Origin: the human T2T-CHM13v2.0 reference genome, Homo sapiens
Length of the DNA: 64,000 nt
Assembly (NCBI RefSeq): GCF_009914755.1
Contig: NC_060939.1
Reading direction: 5' to 3' (one strand)
Positions 13,583 through 26,703 of the stretch are shown one piece after another. Position numbers and translations under genes: made by a program. The notes beneath the pieces are model-generated. The model did no database searches. It was not told the DNA's origin and worked only from the letters and a program-made list of their open reading frames with translations. Positions within the stretch are counted from its first letter, which is position 1, and the number at the start of each line of letters is the position of its first letter.

Positions 13583-14185
13583 TCTTTCTTTATTGTGATG
13601 TAGAGAAACCAAACTCTGGTGTATTTAATCCATTGTGTTTCACAGCAGGGATCACTGCCTGGCTCGCCTGTCATGGTGTGGGGGCAGTGCCTGATTCTGG
13701 AGATGGGCTATCATTGTGCTGACTGGGTCAGCAGTGGCTGCTCCCAAAAAGTCCCATAAAACCCACCCATATTTGTAGAAATCCAAATAGAGTTTACTTC
13801 CCAGTGGTCACCCTTTTAAATACAATTAGATTTAGTTTCAAGGAAGTAACTGGAGTTATAATACATTAATTTGGGACTGATTTTTGTCCCACCCATCCAG
13901 TCCCTGACAGTGGTCCCCAAACTCTCAATCATGTTCCTTATTGGAACCTTCCAGGCTGGCATAGGCTTAGGGTCCATTACGGGTGTTCAAGGTCCAGAAT
14001 TCATGTCACCTGATTGCTTGGACACAACTGGACCTCACATCTCCGGCCCTGACACCAGAAACTAGGCCTCCATCTGCCAGTGTCTTAGTGGAATCTATTT
14101 TAGCAAATGACTCATCTTAAAATAATGCACTATGTAATCAACAAGAAAATGAGAGAACACCCAGTAGGAAAATGGCAAAAGACAC

Positions 14186-14221
<36 letters not shown>

Positions 14222-14338
14222 CACTAAAGAGATGAAAAAGTACTCCACTCCATTAGTCATCAGGGAGATGCAAAATGAATTGTAAATGGGACACCATTCC
14301 ACACCCACCAGAATGGCTAACATCAAAAGAGCAGAAAA

Positions 14339-14712
<374 letters not shown>

Positions 14713-14844
14713 TCAGAGTAGACATTCGTACAACTGCTTTGGGAAGCTTTTTTGTAGAATTAACTAAAGCCAAGCTTACATATACTCTATGACCAGCAGT
14801 CTCAATCCAAATGAAATGGAGTGAAATGGGCATATGGGCATTAG

Positions 14845-15275
14845 TGACCTTCAAATGACATCAGGTTCTAATCCCTGAAACCTGTGAATGTTACTTTATG
14901 TGGTAGTGGTTTTGCAGATGTGTTTAAGGATTTTGTAATGAAGAGATTGTCTTGAATTATCTGGGTGGGCCCTAAATGCCATCCTCAAGGATCGTATAAG
15001 AGAGAGGCAGAGAGAGATGTGACCAAGGAGGCGGAAATTGGAGTGATGCGGCCACAGCTCAGGGAGCACCGGCAGCTGGGAGAAACTGGACAGGGCCAGG
15101 TAAAGGATTCTCCCCTGGTGCCTCTGGAGGGAATGTGGCCCTGCCAACAGCTTGATTTCAGCCCAGTGAAACTGCATGTAGACTTCTAGCCTCCAGAACT
15201 GCGAGAGAAGAAATGTGTTTTCAGCCACCCAGTTTTGTGGTCATTTGTCACAGCAACCGTTGGAAATGGATACAG
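14845..15275 (+). mobile_element. MLT1 (ERVL-MaLR) solo LTR
   Basis: aatccctgaaacctgtgaatgttacttta, gggtgggccctaaat, gacttctagcctccagaactg, tttgtcacagcaac. Confidence 0.85.
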
Positions 15276-18200
15276 CCATCAAGAGACACACAAAAGTGTC
15301 CATAGCAGCGTGATGGTAACTGCCAAAGTGCAAAGAAACCAGATGGCCATCAGCAGCAGAATAGATCAGTACCCCGAGGGTCTTCTCACAGGGCACACTG
15401 TACGGCAGGCCGAGAATGAGCACTCTGCAAATGTGGCAGCTGTGTGGATGGGGCTTGCCACGTAACGTTGAGCAAAAAACCCCAGATGCTAGAGTGTGTA
15501 ATGCATGATTCTGTGTCTAGGAAGGGCAACAGACAACTGTCATGTGTGGAAATCAGGTTGCCTTCGGGAGATGGTACTGATAGGAGGCCCAGGGGGAGGG
15601 AAGCACAGCTTTTGGAGGTGCTGATGATGTCCCCTTTCCCCATCTTGGTTTGCATGGGAAGGTTCCATTTATGCTATGGAACTTTTCTGTATATATATAT
15701 TTCAAGAAAAAGTATAAAAACAGAGCAGTTCATGATCTTGGAGTTTTCAAGGTGAAATTTGAATGGAATGAGTCATGGCTTCTTCTACTGCTAGAACAAT
15801 ACTATCAAAATTGAGATTATACTTAATGTGAGATAATTAGATTTTGCCATTACAACAAATGCTACTAAATATTCAGATGCACACTATATTTTCTAAGTGA
15901 GATCAGGGTATGTAAACCCGAGTAGGACGCTAAGATGTATATAGATTTAATTGGTGTGGATAAGTTATCTGCAGGAAATGTATTTTTATTTCTGCATATA
16001 AAAGAAGCTGTGCTTTTAAAGAAAACTAGACACAAGTAACCAAATGTTTAAGTATCAAACGTTATGTGGTTGCAGTTGAGAGGGAAACCAAAGAGCTTTA
16101 AGAAGAGCAGTCGGGGGGAGATGTGGCGCATGGAGAACTCATCGGGGGCAGCCCCATGTCCTCGCAGCCCAGAAGTCCTGGGTGGAGGTTCTATGGCACC
16201 ACCTGGCTACCTGCCTCCCCAGGCAAGGGCCCAACCCCTCAGGTCCCCAGAGGCGCCCCATCTCCTTTGCCTACGTCTCTCCCCACCTGCCTTCCCTGCC
16301 TCATCTACCTGTGAACTTCTCATTCCTCTGGACTCTACTTTGCCCCTTCCGGGTTGCCCCCAGAGCTCTTGTTCTGGCTGTGAGCCCACCAGGATAGGGC
16401 CATGTCGCTGACTTCAGAGGAGAGAGACTCTTTGTCTGACGACTGTTGACCTCGTAACCACTCAGCTTCATGGGCCACAGTGTGCTTGAGTGAGCACAGC
16501 CATGGCGTGGGTTCACCTGAGGCTTCGTGGAAGCCGTGTTGCGTTGCAGCCGGTTGGAGGCTTCCGTATGCTCAGGGCGTCGTGTGTGCCCGGCCTTGCT
16601 CTGCACAGCTCATCTGTGCATGTGAGCTCACTTCCTCCTCAGCCTCCCACAGAGGCACTGGGAGACCTTGGACTGGACACGCGTGCAGGCCTGGTCATGG
16701 CATTCCTGCAAGCGTGCTATCTGCGGGCTGTTTCCGATTCACAGGGCAAAGGGTGTAGATATGCAGAATGAGCATGTAGGGACCTTCGTGGTCGCCTCTG
16801 TGTGTTGGATCGGATAATAAAGTGAGGAATGTCTTTAAAAAAAATTCATTTAGGTAGTAATTTAGTTTTATTTTATTTTGCAAAAGTACAGAACTGTAAT
16901 ATACTATGAAAAAACCAGTCTTTCCCCCAAGATGCTTTGCGACACAGTGGTGTGAAGTGTGGGAGAGTGTGTCGGGAGAGATGAGGAGGCAGGGCAGGAG
17001 TGGAGGGTCGGAGAGCAGGAGGTGAGGGACCCCTGGGGGAGAGGACCTCAATGTTGTGTCAGTTCCTTTCTAGGTGAGGAGTTGGAGCCCCAGACAGGGG
17101 GACTGGGCCGTGGTCACGGGTGGCAGAAGCAGAGCCTTTGTTTGCACCAGACCTTGACCCTGCGCCCCGTGGGTCCTCCCAACCCTTCTTCCCAGCCTCC
17201 TCCGCCTGGACTCAGGCTTCTTCGGGCTCATCAGACCTGAACAGCCTGGCAGTGTGGCTGTGTGGGAATGGGTGACAGGTGCTGTTCTCCCCAGTGCAAA
17301 TCACCAATGCTGGGCACCGTGCATCAGCGTCGTGGTGACGGCAGCATTGGGTGGATCTTCAGGGAATGTCGCTTGTGCCCTCTCGGGCTCTGAGGGTCCC
17401 ACATGACAGAGACCAGCATCTACTGCCCTGGCCACTCACTCAGGTCACTTTATGCTTGGTGACACATCACAGTTGCTCAAACTGAAGCCTCCCTGTGGCT
17501 TTGTCATCTTCTTTCCAGCCAAGGGGGCTGTCCCGACAGACTCTCCCCATCACCTTGGCATTTTACTACTGTGGTGTGTTTGGTGACATTTGTAAATGTG
17601 GTGATTTTTTTTGCTGTGCCCTTTGTTGCTGTGGCTGCTTCTACAAATGTTAGGATAAGCTGTCGGGGGCCGCTTCCCTGCGTTTTGAGCCCTTTAGCCT
17701 GGGCGGCGCCCCTGTGTGTCCTGTTTCCCTGTCAGGATGTCCTGTCCCATCTGCAGCCTCTTCACCCTGCAGGGACTTCTCTTGTGTCTCTGTCCTGTGG
17801 CTGACTGGCTGCCTGGCAGAGAGGCAGGCACTCACTCATTTGCTCACCCCTTCACCCAGGTCCTCCTTGTAATATGTATTGTAAATTGTATATTTACAAC
17901 TTACCCTTGTCCACATGCATGCGGCCCACTGCCCTGCCCCTGGCTGGGGCTGACCCCTGGATCCCAGCACCTGGCACAGCACCTGGAACTCGGTAGCTGC
18001 TCCAGGAAAGTGGTCAAATGGTTTCAACAGCTCCACACCCCGTCCCATGTCAGAGAGACTAGAGTACCAAGCCCAGCACTGTTCCGGTGGTCATTTCCAG
18101 GGATGTGCGTGAAGCAAGCTGGTGTCATGTGATGCGGTCACTCTAGAACCTCAGAAAGATTTTGTGTCTTCAGCCATACTGCAGGCACGCTTGGCTCTGT

Positions 18201-18916
18201 CCGGTGCTTGGGGAGCACAGTGGCTTCATCAGCCATCACCGTGGCCTGAGGATCTGAAAGGGTGTCTGAGGGGTGGGCCTGGTGGTGCTGCCCCTACCCC
18301 CAGCCCCCACCCAGCTCTGGGGTTTGGGGTTGTCTGAGCCCCGCCCCACCCTCCCAGATCCAGTGGGAGCCAGCGTGGCACGGCAGGGCCCTGTGGCTTG
18401 GGCCAGGCTCTCTCTATGGTCTCCTGGCTGGCATTTGCACTATGGAAAGCCCCTCTTCCTATGGGCCTGTCCTTGCCTTCAGCACAGCTGGGATTTGGGG
18501 TGGGTTTTCAGTATGTGGTGCTGTGTGTGGTTCAGAAGCACAGACGCATGACTTCTCTGTGCCCTGGATGCTTTCCAGCTGCATCTCCCATGTTCTTGGT
18601 TGGGGGGTGGCGCTTTGTTTATTGCACCTGGGGGAGGGTTGAGTGGTCCTGGATGCAGCCCCTTCTCATCTCCCTGTGCCGTGGCCACACCCCTGACTGT
18701 TTTTGCCCTGGATGATTGATGTGGGAGCTGGACTGTGGCCAGAGACTCTCCCTGCCCATGTTGGCCTGTGGACTGCTGCCTGGCCACCCTGCGGGGTTAG
18801 GGACGTCTCAGGAGTGAGCATTCCAGTGTTTGCAGTGCCGAGGGCATCATGCCAGATTCTGGCACACACACAAACCAGCATCGGGAAGCCTGGACCCTGC
18901 CCTCGGGGAGCTTTTG

Positions 18917-18917
<1 letters not shown>

Positions 18918-18967
<50 letters not shown>
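18918..18967. repeat. Perfect (TG)25 microsatellite
   Basis: Directly visible. Confidence 0.98.
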
Positions 18968-18972
<5 letters not shown>

Positions 18973-19249
18973 TGGGGGTCTGGGGTGGGGGAGGGGAAGA
19001 ATAAAGGGCCAGATGGGGCTCCAGCGAGGTATGGCAACAGGAGGGAAGATTCAGGCCTGAGTGAAGCAGGCATCACCGATGGGGGCTCATAAAAACCCGA
19101 AGGTAAAGGGGGGTGCATTTCCATCCTCGCTCCTCCAATGTGGGCTGCACACAGTGACCTCTGTCCACAGAGCCCAGTGCAGAAAGGGGAAGCAGAAACC
19201 CAACACACACCGCCTCAGCCTGGGGGCCACAGTTGGCGCCAACAGCAAG

Positions 19250-19775
19250 TCATGTGGGTGGCACATGCCCTGGGTGCTGTGGAGGGAGGAGGGCACTTTC
19301 CTTCTGTATCCGTCCTCCCCCAAATCCGTTACCACTACGTAATTATGAGGAAAACTCCAGACAAATTCCAGTTGAGGGGCATTCTACAAAATACCTTGCC
19401 AATGCTCTTCAAAATATCAAGTCCATCAAAACTAAGGACACTCTGAGATGCTGTCACAGCCAAGAGGAGGGCCCTCTTCCCCTTTCAGGTGGAGGGAGCC
19501 TGAGGAGACGCGACAGCTGAACATGATGTGCTGTCCTGCAGGAGGTCCCGGAGCAGAAAGAGGGCGCTAGGGAGAAGCTATGGAAATGCCAATGAAGTAT
19601 GGACTGTAGTTAATAATGGTGGATCGAGATTCATTAATTGTGATTCATGTGCTGTGCTGATGTATGGCGATGTTAATAATCATGGAAGGTGGCTGTGGGT
19701 ATATGAGAACTCTGTGGAGTCTGCTCAGTTTTTCTGTAAGTCTAGAACTGTTCTAAAAATGAAGTCTATTAATTG
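19250..19775 (+). mobile_element. L1MC-type 3' end
   Basis: ttgaggggcattctacaaaatac, ctgtcacagccaagaggag, gtatggactgtagttaataat, tttttctgtaagtctagaactgttctaaaa. Confidence 0.8.
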
Positions 19776-20992
19776 TTGGAAGGCAGATTGTGTCCCTCCA
19801 CCATGTCCCTGGTGGTGGGACCTTGGCTCCAAACCTCACTGTTCCCCCATCGGTCTCAGGACCCTCAGCTTTGTCATCCTTTTCGGTTCCTCTTTACTGT
19901 TCCCATGAAAACTGGGGGGTAAGCTCATGTTAGTATTTAGAATATGTATGTTTTAGTGCCCCAAGTTTCTGGGTGCTTGAAAATGACCGGTTTCTCAGAT
20001 GCAGCCTGCCTGGGTGCTGGGGGCCATCCCTGGGAGAGAGAGAAGCCCAGTGACTTGAGCTTGGAAGATTTTGAAAACAAAACATCAAAGCCTGGTTTGC
20101 TGACGTCCTGTGGCCCAGTTCACTTTCTGTGGTGCCGGCCAGGTTCCATGGGTCTGATGATGCCGGCAGCAGTGTCCCTGGCCTCTGGCTTTATCTTATG
20201 TTCACTAGAAAAGAAGAATATGTCCTGTGATACTTGATCCCCTGATCAGCCCCTGGGCTCACTTATAGTCAGTGACAGAGGCCATGTTTTTTTGGGGGGT
20301 GATATTGGTCACGATAGACGATAGTGACCAAAGCTGTTGTAAGTGCGGTTGACCGTCCAGTGAGGAGGCAAAAGAGAGCCAACATCTTCATGAACTGGGC
20401 TGGCACCTGAGCATTTATGGCCATGGCCTAGCTGAGTAGCTGGTCGATCCACTTTGTTCCTGCAGAAAGGGTGGCCTGCTGGGGACACAGAAAAACAGCC
20501 CTGGCCACTGAAATGGCCATTTCAGCTTCAAGTTACATAAGCGTCAGCGCCTGTATTTGTGGTGGAGGCCCAGGATGAAATGAAATATTGCCCAGGGAGG
20601 GCAGAGCTGCAGTCCTGTAAATGGGCGGGGACCCCGTGGTCTTGTGGAGTCAGCAGGGACAGCTGCGGTTTAGTGGAGAGTCAGAGGGGCCTTCCTGGGA
20701 CCCCACTGCCTCCCTACAGTCCAGCTTGCGGCTGGCAATGACATCCACTTTGCAAGATGATGTGAGTCATGACAGAGCCAGGACCTGGCACAGGGGAGGT
20801 GCTGGGTGAGGGACAGGCAGTGCTCTGTGGTGGGCCAGTGGTGGGAAGGACCCTTCTGGAAGGCGGAAGACCTACACTGCCGGGGCCCTGGGCAAGTCAC
20901 AGCCTCCTCACTTGTCCCTGAGGAGGGACAAGGACAAGTCAGAGGAAGTGATTCCTACGGGTCTTACCACTCATCCGGATTTTGTGACAAAA

Positions 20993-21072
20993 TTAGGTTG
21001 AACCATATGAAACTGTTATTTCTGTATGTCAAAAAGTGATCCAATATAGGCAACTTCATATGCCTCAACTCA
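20993..21072. mobile_element. MADE2 mariner-derived MITE
   Basis: ~80 bp with inverted termini ttaggttgaaccatatgaaa ... ttcatatgcctcaact. Confidence 0.8.
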
Positions 21073-21671
21073 GCAGTTTAGCATTACAGCGATTTTTGGC
21101 AAGAGAGAACACTTTTATTTAAAAAACATTATTTTTAGTTATCACATATGAATTCATTCATTGTATTGGAAAACAGAGATAGCAGAAAGCGAAAGGAGGA
21201 AGCTTTGAGATACCAGACTCCACCCGCCGGGGGCCCTCCTGTTGTTTGCCCACGATTCCTCCCTGTTCCTGGGCACCCCGGCTCCCAGCATTCCTTCTCC
21301 TGGACGGTATATGAGGAGCACTTTCCACACTCATGGACGGTTTCTTCCACACCCAGCCATACGAGTTTGTCCTTTCTGGAGCTGGATCCCAGGGTTGGAC
21401 ATTAAATTTGTTTAGAATGTTTTTCTGCTATGAATGAATGCTGTAATAAATATCCTTGTAGTTGTGTTTTTTGTTTTTTATTGGCAGATATTCATGATCC
21501 CTTACTATAAATTTACAAGAGTAGAATTGCTGGGCAAAATGTTAAGGCTTTTGATTGACATCTGGAAAGGTTTTATTACCCACTGACAGTGAGAGTGAGG
21601 GGTTGCCCTCCCCTCTTCCTTCCTTTTCCCTCTTCCCTTCCACCCATTTGATGGTACACCATTGAGCAGCA

Positions 21672-21784
21672 TCCAGCAAACAGTGTTGGTGGCTCCCCTC
21701 GTTATCTGCAGCACGCAGACTCCCTGTGTCCAGCAAACAGCGTTGCAGCACCCCTCAGTGTCTGCAGCACGCAGACTCCCTGTG
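21672..21784. repeat. ~56-bp tandem duplication
   Basis: Both units start tccagcaaacag and share an identical 24-nt end tctgcagcacgcagactccctgtg. Confidence 0.9.
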
Positions 21785-22582
21785 ACCCAGCTTCCTAGGC
21801 TGGCTGGTGGTGTTTGGAGAGGAAATCAAGAACGTGTGGGGAAGCCCGTGGAGAATTTTAGAGACTTCCCATGACACACGAGGCAGTGGGAGTGGGGCTG
21901 GAGAGAGACTGTTAGTTATTCCAGGGAGAGAGGCCTTTTCTGATTGTCCCACTCACCAGCACACTGAGGGGCTGGGCCGCTGACCTGATGGGTTGGGGAC
22001 CAGAGCCCTGGCTTATGTGCAGTTGTTTCTTTTGAACATGTCTTATTTTGCTGGTGATCTGGCAAGTAGGTTGAAACCAAGCCCTCCCCCAGTTCCTCAA
22101 CCGCCTGGGACTGCACAGGTGCCTGGGAGTCTGATGGCTGGCAGGCTGCCTTTTGAAGCTTGGCCTGGTGTCCCGGAGCTGTTGGTTGCCCTAGGAATCC
22201 AAGGAAAAGCTGCTGAATTCTGCGGCCCCAGGAGGATCTTTGTCCTCCTTTTGCAGAAGCAATAGGTGGATTTGCTCTGTTGAGCTGGAAGGAGGAATTT
22301 TTAGATTTCCTCTGGCTGAAGAAGTTAAAATGGAACCATCTACATCAATTCCCCGCAATTGGACTTTGAAGCAAGCTTTCGGAAGAACGGACTTGACTAT
22401 TTTCTATGCGTGGAAGCAAATTCCTTGGGAACTTCTGGTGAATTTTAAAGTGCTTGTCTATTTTGTTTCATTCTCCAATACTGAGAAGTCTTTAATAACT
22501 AGAGGCTGCCTGGGTAGGTCAAGGTCTGAGGGGCAGCACTCCCCACCAGAGCTAGTCATTAAATAGATCTGCCATCTGTAGT

Positions 22583-22718
22583 TTTTGTTTTGCATTTTGA
22601 GATGGAGGTGTTGCTATGTTGTCTCTAGGCTGGACTTGAACTCTTGGGCTCAGGCAATCCTCCCGCCTCAGTCTCCTGAGTAGCTGGGACTACAGGTACA
22701 TGCCACCGCACCTGGCTT
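22583..22718 (-). mobile_element. FLAM/Alu monomer
   Basis: ttgaactcttgggctcaggcaatcctcccgcctcag...gggactacagg. Confidence 0.8.
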
Positions 22719-23216
22719 GATATCTCTGTTTTAAAAATGCTGTCTTCTAGCAATTATCTTGTATCTCTGGAGGAGAAAGGTGCCATTTTTCTGGCAGTGG
22801 AATTTGGGGCTGAGAAGGACCCTGGCTCCATCAATGGGGGCTGGCGTCTAACATGCTAGATTTTAAGATCCTTTAAATATTTTTTCTGATTATGAAATTA
22901 AAATGTACTAATTATAAGGGCTCGAACTTTACAGAAATGCATCATGTAGAATAGAAAATGAAAGCTTCCCCCCAAGTTTCACCACTGCCCCATTCAGTGC
23001 CCACAAGGATAATCATTATTCACAATTTGGTGGAGACTCCTCCCATTTTTTTTTTCTGTCTGTGGAAATATTTTACTTGTCTTTTACACAAATACATGTT
23101 TTAAAAGTATTTTTCAACAAAATGAGATCCTATTGTAAATAAGATTTGCAGTTCGATCCCCCAGCCGTGTGTCTTAGCCATGATCCCTTGTCCGTTGTGC
23201 ATAGCAGCATTATTCT

Positions 23217-23371
23217 TTTTTAAAAAAAATTTACTTTAAGTTCTGGAATACACCTGCAGAATGTATGATAGACTAGATAAAGAAAGTGTGGCACATATAC
23301 ACCATGGAATACTATGCAGCCATAAGAAAGAATGAGTTCATGTCCTTTGGAGGGACTTGGATAAAGCTGGA
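23217..23371. mobile_element. 5'-inverted (twin-primed) mini L1PA insertion
   Basis: Antisense L1 3' end (23217-23264) fused to sense L1 segment (23265-23371); perfect TSD agcagcattattct at 23203-23216 and 23372-23385. Confidence 0.85.
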
Positions 23372-23399
23372 AGCAGCATTATTCTCTCTGACACTTGCA

Positions 23400-24500
23400 C
23401 AATATGTGACCGTTTACTTATTGAACTTTTGGGTTGTTACCATTTTTCTCACTTATGGAAAATGCTGACATGTGGAGTCTCGTACATTAAACTCTTGTGT
23501 CTGCATGGGGTTGTTTCCGTAGCATAGGTTCCTAGAAGTGGACTTGCTGGGCTGAATGGTTTGGGCATTCAGAGTGTCAACAGATATTGCCAAGTTGCTC
23601 TCTGGACAGGTGGTGACCATTTTAAATGATGCTGGTGTGTGGGGCAGCGGTGTCCCCACTGACACTCTCTGGACATCGACACTCTCTGGACATGATCAGT
23701 CTTTGTGGTTTCATTCAGTCATGTGGGTATAAAGTGATAGCTTATTTCATTTTGTATTTGTAAAAATTGTGAATGACAACAAGCTGCTTCTTGTGTGCTT
23801 AATACTAATTTGAATTTCTCCTTCTAATTCTCTTTTTCATCCTTGCCTCTTTTCCTCTTGACTTGTGAAGGTTTTTTTTGTTGTTGATTTATAGGTGTTC
23901 TTGGTACATAGGGTTATTCCTCATTTGCTATATATATTGCAGATATTTTTTTCTCAGATGCCACTTGTCCTTTGATTTTATTTAAAGACATATTTGGCAA
24001 TGCAAAAATTTGGAAGTTTTACATTGTTAAATCTATCAAGCTTGCTTTATTTACCCTGAGTTTTGTATCTTACTTAGAGAAAGGGTTTCTCTACCCTAAT
24101 ATATATAAGCACCCTCCTGCATGTTCTGCTAATACTTGATAGTCCAGATTTTTCTACATTTACATCTCTTATTCAATCTAAAATGTATTTTAGATGTAGT
24201 GTGAGTTGGGGATGTAGTTTTTTTATAGGAGTATTCAGTTTTCCAGCCTAATTTCCTAGTCAGCCACTTTGACCTCTCTCTTTTGGCAGATTTGTCATGG
24301 GTTAAGTTGCTGCTGTGTTCTGAGTGTTTCTCCTGTGTTTCTGGATTCTCCATTCTAATTTACTGCTTTATTCTTGTGCCGATATCTACCGTACAAGTTA
24401 CTGTGGCTTTTGGTAAGACTTTGTTATCTTAAAGGGCCATTACCTCTTCATTCCTCTTCTTTTTTCATTTTCCCCCTAACCTTTCTTCTATATTCCTTTG
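23400..24500 (-). mobile_element. Degenerate old L1M (ME/MC-type) fragments
   Basis: ttcctagaagtggacttgctggg, tatattgcagatattttttctcag; T-rich antisense L1 texture. Confidence 0.6.
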
Positions 24501-25268
24501 ACTAGAATCATCCTTTCAGCAGGAGCCAGGCAGAGCAGCTGTCCGTGGGCTCCCCAGTTGGCCAGAGCTGTTGGCCAGGATGTGGAAGGAATCAGGCGGG
24601 AGCCCCCAGCGGGATGGTCATTGCGGTGTCTCTGCACCTAAGTGATTTGTTTTTGCAGACATCAATGCTCAGGATTGATCAACCTCAGGATCAATGCTTG
24701 GGAAGTGTAGAGCTTGCGTCCCATCATAGATATGACTCCGAATCTGTGGGGACTCTCCCTGGGCTGACTCATAAAATGAATGGGCACCTGAGCCACTCTG
24801 TGTGATGCTGAAAACCAGGAGCGCTTGGGCGACCCTTTCAGCCATAAAGTCTGCCTTTCCCCAGGGGAGTGGCTGCTGCTGGTGTATTTTCTATTTGAAC
24901 CAACTTAAAGGGGCCTGCCCAAGTTTCAGAAAGAAACTCAGGTTCTTGACATATACAGGGGGAACCCTTTCGTTTCTAAAATCTGTTTAAAAACCTTAAT
25001 GTTATTTAAAAATCCACTTTACCATTGGTGAAAATATCCTCTTACGCATTTGCAGTGCACCTCTGTCCTCTGTGAAGTACCCCGTGAGTGCAGGCCTGTG
25101 CCCGTGACCTGGCTGGACCCTGGGGTTTTCCCGAGCCGTTGTCCCTGAGCTGTTTGTGGTGTAGACAGGCAGCCCTGTGGGCCTGGATAAGAGGTTTTGC
25201 ATGCTCCTTACAGTTCAAAGCAGGCGTGGGCCATCTTCCCTGACTCCTGCCTTGTCCTCCAATAGTAA

Positions 25269-25635
<367 letters not shown>

Positions 25636-25789
25636 CACTGAGGTTATTGTTGATTTTACACTGGGGCTTTTCTTTGGGATACCTCAGGCTCCTGGTTATG
25701 CAATAGAGGAAACATTCTGAGAGAATCGGCTGGTGAGATGCCTGACACCGCTCTCCTGGCATCTGACATCAAGGATATCTTAATATTTC

Positions 25790-26550
<761 letters not shown>

Positions 26551-26665
26551 AATATCTCACACAGTAGAAAGAATCCAAGAAGCCAATGAGGACTTGATCT
26601 TGGTCGCCTCTGTGAGGGTTGGGTGGACAGGCCAAAGCTACCTACTCATCCTGCATCGAGCTGGA

Positions 26666-26703
26666 TGCTGGGCACAGGTGCTGGGCACAGGTGCTGGGCA
26701 CAG
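26666..26703. repeat. 13-bp tandem repeat x2.9 (tgctgggcacagg)
   Basis: Directly visible. Confidence 0.9.

Noticed and set aside
20508-20525. Perfect 18-bp palindrome ctgaaatggccatttcag
   Set aside because: About 0.24 expected by chance in 64 kb (64000/4^9); no supporting context.
23661-23693. 17-bp tandem duplication gacactctctggacat(c)
   Set aside because: Ordinary slippage duplication inside an old L1.
24536-24555. REST/RE1-like gctgtccgtgg
   Set aside because: Only one half-site matches; the tgctgaa half is absent.
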